Shown here one piece after another: positions 13,432-30,804 of a stretch of 64,000 bases of DNA. The DNA is taken from NCBI RefSeq assembly GCF_009914755.1, contig NC_060925.1, one strand, 5' to 3'. Source of the DNA: the human T2T-CHM13v2.0 reference genome, Homo sapiens. The notes below the pieces were generated by a model. That model did not search any database, was not told the DNA's origin, and saw only the letters and a list, made by a program, of their open reading frames with translations. A program made the position numbers and the translations under genes. The first letter of the stretch is position 1. Each line of letters begins with the position of its first letter.

Positions 13432-14399
13432 TGTGGGGAAAAGCAAGAGAGATCAGATTGTTACTGTGTCTGTGTAGAAAGAAGTAGACATAGGAGACTC
13501 CATTTTGTTATGTACTAAGAAAAATTCTTCTGCCTTGAGATTCTGTTAATCTATAACCTTACCCCCAACCCCGTGCTCTCTGAAACGTGTGCTGTGTCAA
13601 CTCAGAGTTAAATGGATTAAGGGCGGTGCAAGATGTGCTTTGTTAAACAGATGCTTGAAGGCAGCATGCTCCTTAAGAGTCATCACCACTCCCTAATCTC
13701 AAGTACCCAGGGACACAAAAACTGCGGAAGGCCGCAGGGACCTCTGCCTAGGAAAGCCAGGTATTGTCCAAGGTTTCTCCCCATGTGATAGTCTGAAATA
13801 TGGCCTCGTGGGAAGGGAAAGACCTGACCATCCCCCAGCCCGACACCCGTAAAGGGTCTGTGCTGAGGAGGATTAGTAAAAGAGGAAGGAATGCCTCTTG
13901 CAGTTGAGACAAGAGGAAGGCATCTGTCTCCTGCCTGTCCCTGGGCAATGGAATGTCTCGGTATAAAACCCGATTGTATGCTCCATCTACTGAGATAGGG
14001 AAAAACTGCCTTAGGGCTGGAGGTGGGACCTGCGGGCAGCAATACTGCTTTGTAAAGCATTGAGATGTTTATGTGTATGCATATCTAAAAGCACAGCACT
14101 TAATCCTTTACATTGTCTATGATGCAAAGACCTTTGTTCACGTGTTTGTCTGCTGACCCTCTCCCCACAATTGTCTTGTGACCCTGACACATCCCCCTCT
14201 TCGAGAAACACCCACAAATGATGAATAAATACTAAGGGAACTCAGAGGCTGGCGGGATCCTCCATATGCTGAACGCTGGTTCCCCGGTTCCCCTTATTTC
14301 TTTCTCTATACTTTGTCTCTGTGTCTTTTTCTTTTCCAAATCTCTCGTCCCACCTTACGAGAAACACCCACAGGTGTGTAGGGGCAACCCACCCCTACA
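13432..14399 (+). mobile_element. HERV-K(HML-2) solo LTR, LTR5_Hs
   Basis: TGTGGGGAAAAGCAAGAGAG...CCCACCCCTACA, exactly 968 bp; 6-bp TSD ATGGAA (13426-31, 14400-05); AATAAA 14224-29; OCT4-like ATGCAAAG at 14122. Confidence 0.96.
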
Positions 14400-15056
14400 A
14401 TGGAAGATGAAATGAATGAAATGAAGCGAGAAGGGAAGTTTAGAGAAAAAAGAATAAAAAGAAATGAGCAAAGCCTCCAAGAAATATGGGACTATGTGAA
14501 AAGACCAAATCTACGTCTGATTGGTGTACCTGAAAGTGACGGGGAGAATGGAACCAAGTTGGAAAATACTCTGCAGGATATTATCCAGGAGAACTTCCCC
14601 AATCTAGCAAGGCAGGCCAACATTCAGATTCAGGAAATACGGAGAACGCCACAGAGATACTCCTCGAGAACAGCAACTCCAAGACACATAATTGTCAGAT
14701 TCACCAAAGTTGAAATGAAGGAAAAAATGTTAAGGGCAGCCAGAGAGAAAGGTCGGGTTACCCTCAAAGGGAAGCCCATCAGACTAACAGCAGATCTCTC
14801 AGCAGAAACCCTACAAGCCAGGAGAGAGTGGGGGCCAATATTCAACATTCTTAAAGAAAAGAATTGTCAACCCAGAATTTCATATCCAGCCAAACTAAGC
14901 TTCATAAGCGAAGGAGAAATAAAATACTTTACAGACAAGCAAATGCTGAGAGATTTTGTCACCACCAGGCCTGCCCTAAAAGAGCTCCTGAAGGAAGCAC
15001 TAAACATGGAAAGGAACTACCGGTACCAGCCGCTGCAAAATCATGCCAAAATGTAA
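14400..15056 (+). CDS. L1 ORF1 C-terminal half (residues 121-338: end of coiled coil, RRM, CTD), open to the natural stop
   Basis: 218-aa ORF starting at the TSD ATG; REKG, ARREW and YPAKLS motifs intact; R211T; expression unproven. Confidence 0.75.
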   Translation: MEDEMNEMKREGKFREKRIKRNEQSLQEIWDYVKRPNLRLIGVPESDGENGTKLENTLQDIIQENFPNLARQANIQIQEIRRTPQRYSSRTATPRHIIVRFTKVEMKEKMLRAAREKGRVTLKGKPIRLTADLSAETLQARREWGPIFNILKEKNCQPRISYPAKLSFISEGEIKYFTDKQMLRDFVTTRPALKELLKEALNMERNYRYQPLQNHAKM

Positions 15057-15104
15057 AGACCATCTAGACTAGGAAGAAACTGCATGAACTAACGAGCAAA
15101 ATAA

Positions 15105-18947
<3,843 letters not shown>

Positions 18948-19335
18948 ACAATGAGATCACCTGGACACAGGAAGGGGAATATCACACTCTGGTGACTGTT
19001 GTGGGGTGGGGGGAGGGGGGAGGGATAGCATTGGGAGATATACCTAATGCTAGATGACGAGTTAGTGGGTGCAGCGCACCAGCATGGCACATGTATACAT
19101 ATGTAACTAACCTGCACAATGTGCACATGTACCCTAAAACTTAAAGTGTAATAAATAAATAAATAAATAAATAAATCCAAAAAAAAACAGTATTAAAAAA
19201 AAAAAAAGAAAATTCATTACCACTAGACCAGTTTTATAAGAGACACTTAAAGGAGTTCTAAATGTGGAAATAAAAGAATAATACTTGCTACCACAAAAAC
19301 ACATAAGTACATAGTCCACAGAACCTATAAAAAAT

Positions 19336-19407
19336 AACTACACAATTGAGACTACAAAGTATCCAGCTAACAACTACACAATTGAGACTACAAAGTATCC
19401 AGCTAAC
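19336..19407 (+). repeat. Perfect 36-bp tandem duplication
   Basis: aactacacaattgagactacaaagtatccagctaac x2. Confidence 0.95.
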
Positions 19408-19439
19408 AACATCACAACAGGATCAAAACCTCACATATC

Positions 19440-19868
<429 letters not shown>

Positions 19869-22697
19869 TCATGTGTAACAACACCTATAGGCTCATTGCT
19901 CCTGAATGACTTTTGGGATAGAAAAAGGTCTATCAAATAAACAGGAAATGAAAAAGAGCAGGAGTGGCTATTCTTGTATGAGATAAAACAGGATTTAAAC
20001 TCACAACAGAAAAAAAGACAAAAAAAGGGTATTACATAATGATAAAGCGTTCATTTAAACAAAAAAGACATATTTGCCCTAAATATATACGCACTCAACA
20101 CTGGAGCACTCAGATTCATAAAACAGGTACTTCTACACCTATGGAAAGACTTAAACATCCAATAATAATGGAGAACCTCAATACCCTAACTAAGAGTGTT
20201 AGATCATCAAGGCAGAAAACTAACAAAGAAATTCTGGACTAAATTCAATTCTTGACCAACCGGACCTAAAAGACATCTACAAGATACTACCCAACAACCA
20301 CAGAATATACATTCTTCTCATGTGCATATGGAATATAGTCTAAGATCAACCACATTCTTGGCCATAAAACAAGTCTCAATAAATTTTAAAAAACTGAAAT
20401 CACACTAGACATATTCTCAGACCACAGTGGAATAAAAATATATATCAACGCCAAGAGGATTTCTCAAAACCACACAACTACATGAAAAGTAAGCTCCTGA
20501 ATGACTTTTGGGTAACCAACAAAATTAATGAAATAAAAAAATTCTTTGAAATAAATGAAAAGAGAGACACAACATAGCAAAATCTCTGGGATGCAGCAAA
20601 AGCAGTGTTAAGAGGAAAGTTTATAGCACTACATACCTATATTGAGAAGTTAGAAAAATCTCAAATTAACAATCTAATATCACACTTAGAGGAACTAGAA
20701 AAACAAGAACAAACTAATCCCAAAGCTGGCAGAAGAAAATAAATTACTAAAATCAGAAGAGAACTAATTGACATTGAGATGCCAAAATTCATTAAAAAGG
20801 ATCAACAAAACAAAAAATTGGTTCTTTGAAAGGAGAAACAAATAACGCCAATAGACTACTAGCTAGATTAAAAAAGAAAAAAAGAGAGACAATTCAAATG
20901 AGCACAATGCCAACGACAATGGTGACATTACAACCAATCCCATAGAAATACAAAAGATCCTCAGAGACAACTATGAATACATCTATCTAAACAAACTAAA
21001 AAATCTAGAGGAAATGGGTAAATTCATAGTCTCCCAAGATTTAATCAGGAAGAAACTGAAACACTGAACAGGCCAATAATGAATTCTGAAATAGAGCCAG
21101 TAACAAAAAATGTACCAACCAAAAAAAGCCCTGTAGCAGACAAACTCAGAGCCAAATTCTACCAGGTGTATAAAGAAGAGCTGGTACCAATCTTACTGAA
21201 ACTATTCCAAAAAATCAAGGAGAGGAGACTCCTCCCTAATTCATTCTACAAAACCAGCATCATTCTGATACCAAAATCTGGCAAAGACACAAGAAACAAA
21301 GAAAACTCCAGGCCAATACCCTTGATGAACTTAGACACAAAAATCCTTAACAAAAAAAAAAAAAAAATGAGCAAATCAAATCCAGCAGCACATCAATAAG
21401 CTAATTCATCCTATCAATTAAGATTTATTCCTGGGATGCAAGGTTGGTTCAACATACATGAATCAATAAATGTGACTCATCACATCAACAGAATTAAAAA
21501 CAAAGACCATATGATCATCTCAATAGATGCAAAGAAAGCTTTTGATAAAATCCAATATCCCTTCATAATAAAAACTCTCAGTTTTTTAAAAATCTTCAAA
21601 TGTCTAACAAAACTAAGCATTAAAGAAGCATACCTCAAAATAATGAGCAATTTATGAAAAACCTGTAGCCAACATCATACTAAAAGAGCAAAAACTGGAA
21701 GCATTTCCCTTGAGGAACTAGAACAAGACAAGGATCCTCACTCTCACCACTCCTATTCAGTATAGTACTGGAAGTCCTAGCTAGTGCAATCAGGTGAGAG
21801 AACAAAACAAAACGGATCTAAATAGGAAAAGAATATGTAAAATTGTCCATCTCCACTGAAGATAGAACTCGATACAAAGAAAACTCTAAAGACTCTCTTG
21901 AAAGACTCCTAAACATAATAAATGACTTCAGTAAAGTTTTAGGATACAAAATCAATGTAAAAATCTAGTAGCATTTCTGTACAGCAGTAACATTCAAGCT
22001 GATAGCCAAATCAAAAATACAATCCCATTTACAATAGCCAAAAATAAAATAAAATACCTAGGAATACATTTAACCAATGGTGTAAAATAGAGAACTACAA
22101 GGAGAACTACCAAACACTGCTGAAAGAAATCATAGATGACACAATCAAATGAAAAAATGAAAAAATATTCCTTGCACATAGATTGGAAGAATCAATATTG
22201 TTTAAATGGCCATACTGCCCAAAGCAATATACAGATTCAACATTATGCCTATCAAACCACCAACACCATTTTTTGCAGAATTAGAAAAAACTAATCTAAA
22301 ATTTATATAAAACCAAAAAAGAGCCCAAATAGCCAAAGCATCCTAAACAAAAAGAACAAAGTTGGCATCACATTACCCAACTTCAGACATCACATTACCT
22401 AATTTCAAACTATACTATAAGGCTACAGTAATCAAAACAGCATGGTACTGACATAAAAACAGACGTATAGACCCATGGAATAGAATAGAGAACTCAGAAA
22501 TAAAGCTGCACTCCTACAACCAACTGACTTTCAACAAAGCCAACAATAATAAGCAATAAGGAAAGGACTCCCTGTTTAATAAATGGTGTTGTGGTAGCTG
22601 GCTATCCATATGCAAAAGAAAGAAACTAGACCTCCTACCTATCACCATATACAAAACTTAACTCGTGATGGATTGAATATTTAAATGTAAGACCTCA

Positions 22698-23100
<403 letters not shown>

Positions 23101-24779
23101 ATTGACAAGTGGGACCTAATTAAACTGAAGAGCTTCTGCACAGCAAGAGAAACTATCAACAGGTAAAGAGACAACTGACATAATGGGATAAAATATTAAT
23201 AGCAAACTATGCACCCAACAAAGGTCTAATATCCAGAATCTATAAGGAACTTAACCAAACAAGTAAAAAACAATTCCATTAAAAGGTGGACAAGATACTT
23301 CAAAAAGAAGATATACAAGTGGCCAAGAAACAAACGAAAAAAATGCTTCACATCATGCATCATCAGAGAAATGCAAATCAAAACCACAAAGCAATACCAT
23401 CTCACACCAGTGAGAGTGGTAATTATAAAAAAGTTAAAAAATAACAGATGTTGGTGAGTACACAGAGAAAAAGGAACTCTTTATGCTGTTGGTAGGAATG
23501 TAAATGAGTTCAGTCACTGTGGAAAGCAGTTTGGAGATTTCTCAAAGAAGCAAAAATAGAACTACTGCTCAACCTAGCAATCCCATTGCTTGGTATATAT
23601 CCAAAGGAAAAGAAATTGTTCTACCAAAAAGACACCTGCACTTGTATGTTTATTGCACCAGGATTCACAATAGCAAAGATATGGAATCAAACTAGGTGCC
23701 CATCAACAGTGGAATGGATAAAGAAACTGTGGTACATATACACCAGGGAATACTATGCAGCCACAAAAAGAGAGAAATTATGTCCTTTGAAGCAACATGG
23801 ATGTAGGTGGAGGCCATCATCCTAAGTTAATTGATGCAGAAATAGAAAGCCAAACACTGCATATTTTCCCGTATAAGTGGGAGCTAAACATTGGGTACAT
23901 ACAGACATAAACATGGGAACAATAGACACTAGGGACTATAAGATGGGAGTGAGGATGGGGACAAGGGTTGAAAATCAACCTATTGGGTACTCTGCTCACT
24001 ATTTGGGTGACAGATTCTACCTCAATAGTTCTATCCCAAACCCTCACGTCATGCAATATACTCTTGTAACAAGCCTGCATATGTGCCCTCTGAATCTAAA
24101 ATAAAATTTGAAATTCAAAGAATAAGATAGAAAAATATCTAAACACTGTTTTCATTGTCTCGCATGTCATGCAGATCTTTGCCTAAAAAAGCTGGAAAGC
24201 CATCTCAACTTTCTTTGATTTGGCTAAGGAAGTGTTATTTGAAGGATTATTATGAAACAAGTATTGATACCTCATTTAAAAAGACTCTCTGTATACATAC
24301 ACATATGCCCATACATATGTATACATATGACAATGTAATCATGTTTTATGTTATTACAAAGGGTTAAAAACTCTTCTTTATCCTGTATACTTTAAAGTAA
24401 TATATGTTTATGTTAGGTTATAAATAAAGATTTTGACATGTCAGAATCAAATTGGTAGGGGCAAAGTAGCCAATATCCAAAATGGCATACTGTACTTTAG
24501 GCTAATATATTTGCTTTTGTGGTTTGATAATTATGTACTATAAATTAGATAAAATGTGATAAATGAAAAAAGTAATATTGACTCATTAGAATTGTGCTTT
24601 GAGCATTTTAAATAGCAGTTGGTTATTTATTTGCTCACTTCACAACTTGATTTTGAAAATAGGAACTGTAATTATAAACAGATTTGTCTGATTATTTTGT
24701 GGAGAATAGACCAGAGTAGGGTAATAGCTGCAGATAAAAATGAGTTAGGAGGTAATGGTAGGTATCTAACTGAGAAATA

Positions 24780-25530
24780 ACAGTTGTTTGAATGAAGCAA
24801 TTTAGTGGAGATGGTGAGTGGTGATGCCCTTATTAGAGAAAGGAAGGTAGACACAAGAGCAGATTTGGTGGGGTATAAAGTCAAATAAATAAGTCCAGGG
24901 CAAGAAAGAGCAATCAGGGCTAGAGATGTAAATCTAGGACTTAACAGCACATTCATGGTATTTAAAACTATGGGATCAGATACAATTACCTAGAAAAGTC
25001 AGAGAAAATGCATCCTGGGGGCTCTCCAACACCCAGACTTTAAGTGTGAGCGACTGGCCAGAGAAGGAGAGATCAGAGAGTCAGGAGGAAACCCAGGAGA
25101 GTGTGGTATCTTGGAAGCAGAAGAGGAAAGTTTAAAAAAGTAGAGTGGCTGAGCATGCTAAATGCTGCTGAGAGAGAGTAAGGTGAGGAAAAGAATTCTG
25201 TAATGGAAGAGCAAGATACAAGTCTGTGGAAATGATAAAAAACTGTTTCATGAAGTAATGCAGATACAACTCCAGTTGGAGTGGGTTAATGAGAGAATAG
25301 GAGAAAAGTGGAGTCAATGCCTATAAACAATTCTTTTGAGTTTTAGCGTGATGAAAGGGTTAATTGATCATTTTTTTTAAATAAATTTCAGGCGGCTGTA
25401 TTAAGGCATATTTACATGTAGGCAAGAGAGAGAGGGGATAATTGCAAGAGCAAAGTCTTTGAAGAGGCAATGCTGATAGAGGTACTATGAGCCTTGGAAA
25501 GGATGAGGTCAACCCTTCCCTGTAACAGAA
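24780..25530 (-). mobile_element. L2 fragments
   Basis: Purine-rich L2 antisense motifs (ggctagagatgtaaatctagg, ggagagtgtggtatcttggaagc); approximate limits. Confidence 0.6.
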
Positions 25531-26594
25531 GAGGAAGTGAAACGAGCCACTGGCTTTGGTGGGCCTCAGCTTCTTTGGAACACAAGGCTGTTGAAGAATG
25601 TGTCCTATGGGTTAACACCAATAACACTCCAGTTCTCCCAAGCTTACCCCCATTGTTAGCACAGTTAAGCTTTCTTTAATATCAGGCTCTTAAAAAGAAG
25701 TGTAAATGTGGAGTGAATGAACCAAAAAGAAAAGACAAAAATGCCATCATCCACCCAATTGAAATCCAAGGCCTGTTTATCCACTCACCCCTGAATACTG
25801 AGTGCACCCCAGATCTTAGGATCTGGGAGTGTTTCCCTCTGCTGAGATGCACTTTTAGTGGATGCAAAACCAACAGTTCCTCCTGGGCCATGACTCAGCA
25901 GAGTTATCCCAGTAATACCTTGTCTGGGAGAATGGAAATGGCATAGTACAATATCCTATATTGAACCTTTCCTCTTTCTTTTACTTCTGTCCATTCAAGC
26001 AGAAGCAGCACTCAGTGGTACTTCTCTCCTTGGGCTACTTTATATCAGAAGTGGAGTGTTTTTCCTCATTAGCTTATTTATCTCATAAACCTTGTGAGAA
26101 AGATGAGGGCTTTATTTTAGGCCTAATTACTTTATTCCAAGTGAGAAGACAAGGTATATGAATAAAAACATAACTCAGATCATACTGAGCAAAAAACATT
26201 ATTTTGACCCATGATACATTTTGAGGCAGAATGATTCAGACTTCTGATGGCACAAAAAAGACTTGACCTCTACTTTGTTTTAAGGTAGGAAAAAACCATC
26301 TGCTGATACATTTTTTACCTTTTTATTTCAACCCCTGAGATTAAAAAATTACAAATGGAAATTTACAAAATAGCCTCTACAAAAGTTTCTATTACCTACC
26401 TTTCTACCTTATATGATCATATATGATTAAGTAACAAAATCTATATGAAGGAATTTTGAAACTGTAAAATGCTATCTAAGTGTGAGAACAAACAGCAGCA
26501 TCTAAGTAGGTAAAATTAAAGTACATGAGAGTCAATAAATGGGTTTTGAGAAAAGAGGCAGGAAAGTACATGTATGATCATATTTTCTTATACA

Positions 26595-26794
26595 TTTATT
26601 TAATCGACAAACAATAATTGTGTATATTTATGGGTTGCAATGTGATGTTTTGCTCTATGTATATATACATTGTAGAAAGATTAAGTTAAGCTAATTAACA
26701 TATCCATCACCTTGCTATGGTGATCACCGTTAATAATAATGTATTGCATATTTTAAAATTGCTAATAGAATGGACTTTTAACATTCTCACCACA
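26595..26794 (-). mobile_element. Short 5'-inverted (twin-primed) L1MA 3' fragment
   Basis: 26595-26712 is the L1MA 3' end on -; 26714-26794 is upstream 3'UTR on + ending ttctcaccaca. Confidence 0.75.
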
Positions 26795-26919
26795 TATATA
26801 ATAATCTTTTATTTGAAGATTGGGGATCCAAGTAATGTTGGAAGTCACCGAGTAAAAGTACTTATTTATATACCTCAGGGGCAATGAGATTGCACAAAGG
26901 AAGAGAAATTCTTGAAGCC

Positions 26920-27079
26920 AGTGCTGCTGAAATTTTTGTTTGCACATGAATCACCTGAGAATCTTCTGAAGGTGCAGATTCTGATTCAATAAGTCTGGGA
27001 TGGGACTTGAGATGCTGAATTTCCAACTCCCAGGTCCTACTCATGCTGCTGGTCTACAGACCACACTTTGAGTAGCAAG
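26920..27079 (-). mobile_element. MER5A (hAT-Charlie MITE)
   Basis: gaatcacctg...gcagattctgattca...gaccacactttgagtagca. Confidence 0.8.
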
Positions 27080-28494
27080 AATCAACTCTATGGGGCTGAC
27101 TAAGGAGAGAGCCGGCTGTCGGAAAAAGAAGACTGAATAATACACACATAGTGTCATGAAAGCTGGAGAGTGAAGGTGTTTATTGGAGAGAGAGATTTGA
27201 ACAAGACTCATGTGTCAAAGTCACAAACTGAGCTGAAAGGAAGGAAAGAAGACAAGATGTGTCAGGTGAGCTGGGGTGATAAAGCATCAGTAGCTGCATG
27301 ATGTTTTTCCTGGGAAATTCATTTACAACTCCAAAAAGAGGGAACCCTTTCAGGAAGGAGAAACAGACAGTTGAAAGAAGAATCCAAAAAAAGCTTCAGT
27401 CAGCAATTATTCTTTACCAAACAAATATTTCGCTATTCCTAGATTTTAAAAGAATCACATATTTCTCAATGGATAGACTGTCATGAAAGATTCTTAGCAC
27501 TTAATACTCAGACTATGACTTACCAAAGTCCTCTTCCTCAGAGGGAGTATCTGCTGGTTTTTCTAGGAAAAAGCACAAAAGGCAAAAAAAATATTTGTAG
27601 GGGCTGATGACTCTGAGGTTCTATACACATCTCTCCTTATCCTAAAAAATCTTAGTCTTTAGACTAACACACAAAATAACATAAGGCAGTTGGACTGGTT
27701 GAAGTAATTCTTTATACACAAAGCTGCCAATAATGAGCATTTATTCTTAAGAAGTTACCAAAAAAATAATTCATGAAGGTGCTGGAGGTAAGAGGTTTGG
27801 GGATGATGAAATAAAGCTGTTAATTCTTCCATTTGCATCTATGACTTGTATAATGTAGGTGATATGTAGAGACTTGAAAAATTCATTACTAAGAAATGAG
27901 GCATTTTGTTTACTTTCATTTTCTGTTCCTGCTTTAAACTTCAGAAGACACATTAGTCATGAAAAACTTAATATGCATTAAATACCTTTTATTACATGCA
28001 GAATAGCCAGTGTAGCCTAGGGAAAAGAGATATATTTTGAATTCAGCAGTCCCACCTTAATCACACTACGTGTGGCCTTTAGCTTTAACAGAAACTCCCA
28101 TGTGATAACTATGAATGACTCTATTCAATTTGGAAGGTACAAATTATGGTAATTTTGGGGAATGGGGAGGTGGCACGTGCCATAATGAACAATAACAGCA
28201 TCCTAATGCTTCAAGTGTCACATATGTTAAACAAAAACACTAATGCTTTCTATGAACACCCCATTCTCTGGTGCTTTATCAGACTTGCCAACTCATTAAT
28301 TAGAGCTATTGAAAAGAATTCCGTCTATAGACCTCATGGGCAGAGATTACAATGCTTGGTTTCCCCATTGATTTTTCATCAATCGGACTAACAGTAGCAA
28401 ATCATTGAGAGTCAGAGTTGGGGTAAAGATTCCAGGGAAAGCGAACATTTGTAAATTGTGTTCCTTTGGGAAAAATAATAATAACGATAATTAA

Positions 28495-28740
28495 AATAGT
28501 AACCAACTTTTGAACACTTACTATGCACCAGGTGCCATGTTTCATTTATGTTATCTCATTTAATATTCACAACAAGCCTTGCAGTAGTTACAATAATCGG
28601 TTCACTTCTAAAAATGAGAATCCAAGGTTCCCAGAGGCAACGTGAACTTTTGGGTCTAATCTTTGTTTAAAGTCACACTGCTAGTAAGTGGGGAACCTGG
28701 AATTCAAACTTAGGTCTGTGTGCTCCAGAGTCCATTTGTA
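28495..28740 (-). mobile_element. MIR
   Basis: cacttactatgcaccagg...ttatctcatttaat...tcacactgctagtaagtgg...ggaattcaaacttaggtctgtgtg. Confidence 0.8.
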
Positions 28741-28914
28741 ATCAATATAACTACTAGCCTCCAGTAATGTCAAATGTATGAGAAAAATAAAGATTACTCA
28801 TAACATTTTCAGGATATTCCCCACCACCACACACACACCTTTAAAACTAGCAATGCTGACCCACATTCATTAGGATGGTAAGCATTATTAGGGACATACA
28901 GGTTTCACACTTAC

Positions 28915-29005
28915 CATTTAAAAAGCTAAATGAAGTGCCCAAAATATAAAATGGCCATCCCTTGCTGATTTTCTTAAAATAGTATGTACGTGCAAGGATT
29001 GGCAC
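28915..29005 (-). other. Candidate exon (91 nt)
   Basis: Acceptor ttttattctacctctcAG, donor ATG|GTAAGT; phase 0 open (VPILARTYYFKKISKGWPFYILGTSFSFLN). Confidence 0.5.
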
Positions 29006-29686
29006 CTGAGAGGTAGAATAAAATGAATAAAATGTCAAGATACAATACGGACTACCTTTTTCCTGTTCCTGGGCCCTAAATGACTGAGTTTGCCTTTAAT
29101 GTTCCGAATACATTTTTAAAAAACAACAAAATTCGAGGTTCATGGTTATCTTAAAAGGTTACATGTCATAGCTTTTTGTATCATGCACTTCTAATCACAT
29201 TTTAGCTTATATAATAACAGTGGTCAGCCTCTGCCTCCAGCCCTCTACTCCAATTTTCTGCAGCTCCCTCAGCTATATAAACTAGTAAATTTCACCTGCA
29301 GACCCAGTCCCATTTGGAATCAGTGCCGGGTATAGCAGGAAGCATGTCAGTAATCTCAGACCCTGCCAATGAGAGGAGAAGGGAACTGGTAGTTACTATA
29401 ATGTAGGTGTTTCACAGATGAAGTTAAATCCTCTTAACAACCATACACTGTATCATATACCCCATTTTACACTTGAGAATACTGAAACTAGGCTGGTGAA
29501 AATATTTGACCAACGTTGTACCTTGTCATTGGTTAAGGAACAAACAAAGCAAACAAAGAAAGCAGGATCTAGGTGGTCTCCATCTCCCAGGCTAAATTCC
29601 ATACAGTATAGTTTTGACTCCTCTTTCTCAATTTTGCATAATGAATCAAAAAAAGCAAAGTTCATATTTTGGCATGATCAGTTTAC

Positions 29687-29840
29687 AAGATGGTTGAGCC
29701 TGCTTTCTGTAACAGCTTATGTCTTTTTCAAAACTTGTTTAGGAGAACATTCGTATCTTATGTAGGCTGCCTTCTGGTGTCTGCGTAAGATACCAAAGCC
29801 ATACTATTTTGACCTTGACAACAACTGGGAAGACTGGAAT
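29687..29840 (-). other. Candidate decayed exon (154 nt)
   Basis: Acceptor cttctctcacactAG, weak donor CTT|GTAAAC; phase-compatible with both neighbours but has two in-frame stops. Confidence 0.3.
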
Positions 29841-30339
29841 CTAGTGTGAGAGAAGTTCTTGGACATTCACCCTGCCTGCTTATATCTAGTATAGTAAATT
29901 TAGAATGAAGTTTCAGACTAGGAGCCAAAAGAGTCATACTTTCCAGTTTTATTGCTGGGCCTTTTACCACACTTCATTCCCTTTTGTCTTTCTTGCTTGG
30001 AAGGTCTGTTCAGGGGGATGAGAACTGGTAGGAGATGGAGGTGGAGGAGGGGGTAGCAATGAGTGGAACGCATTGATGTGAGTCCTGCTCCTATTGTGTC
30101 ATCCTGAGACCTTATTAAAAAGAAGCAAGACCCTAGACCCATAATCAAGCACAGCATCACTAATGATGGGTCAACCGGATGTTGTTTCTCCTGATGTAAG
30201 GCAATAGAGTTTATACGGCATACCTAGCTAGTATGTATTCTGGCTGAAAATACCCAACAGGAGCCACCACCAATGATTTATATTTAATCTAACCTACACA
30301 TAAGAAATAAAGAAGATAAATAAACTAAATGAAATCACT

Positions 30340-30700
30340 GGAAAGGAACTAAACAAATCCAGAAAGTGAGATATTCTCGAGGGCAATAGGTCAGTGTCAG
30401 AGGAAAAGGGGAGTGTGCTAATCAGAAGAGACTTCAGGGACATAGCTACCAGATGCAAGGTCTGGCCCTGGATTAGACCCTGATTTGGACAGAATGTGGT
30501 AAATACAGTGTTGGGGGACAATTGGGGCAATCTGAATTAGAATGAATATTAGCTAAATTTAACATTTGTTGTAATGGAAAGATGGAAAATCTTAACAGAA
30601 AAAAAGCAGGTAGCAAAAAGCATGTAAAAGCAAAATCTCATTATTGTAAAAAAATTGTATATCTGGAAGGAAATATAAGAACGGTTTTATCAGTGGTGAT
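30340..30700 (+). mobile_element. Ancient L1ME 3'UTR fragment
   Basis: agagacttcagggacatagctaccagatgca...ttgggggacaattgggg; approximate. Confidence 0.55.
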
Positions 30701-30804
30701 TAAAATATGTTGCTTTATTTAGTTAAATTTTACTTTGATGTTTTCTTTGACTTTCTGTAATGCATGTAAAACTGCTTTTATAAGCAATCTACAGATCTTT
30801 TTAC

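Noticed and set aside
13683-14217. Minus-strand ORFs within the LTR
   Set aside because: Incidental frames in LTR5_Hs; no HERV-K gag/pol/env sequence is present
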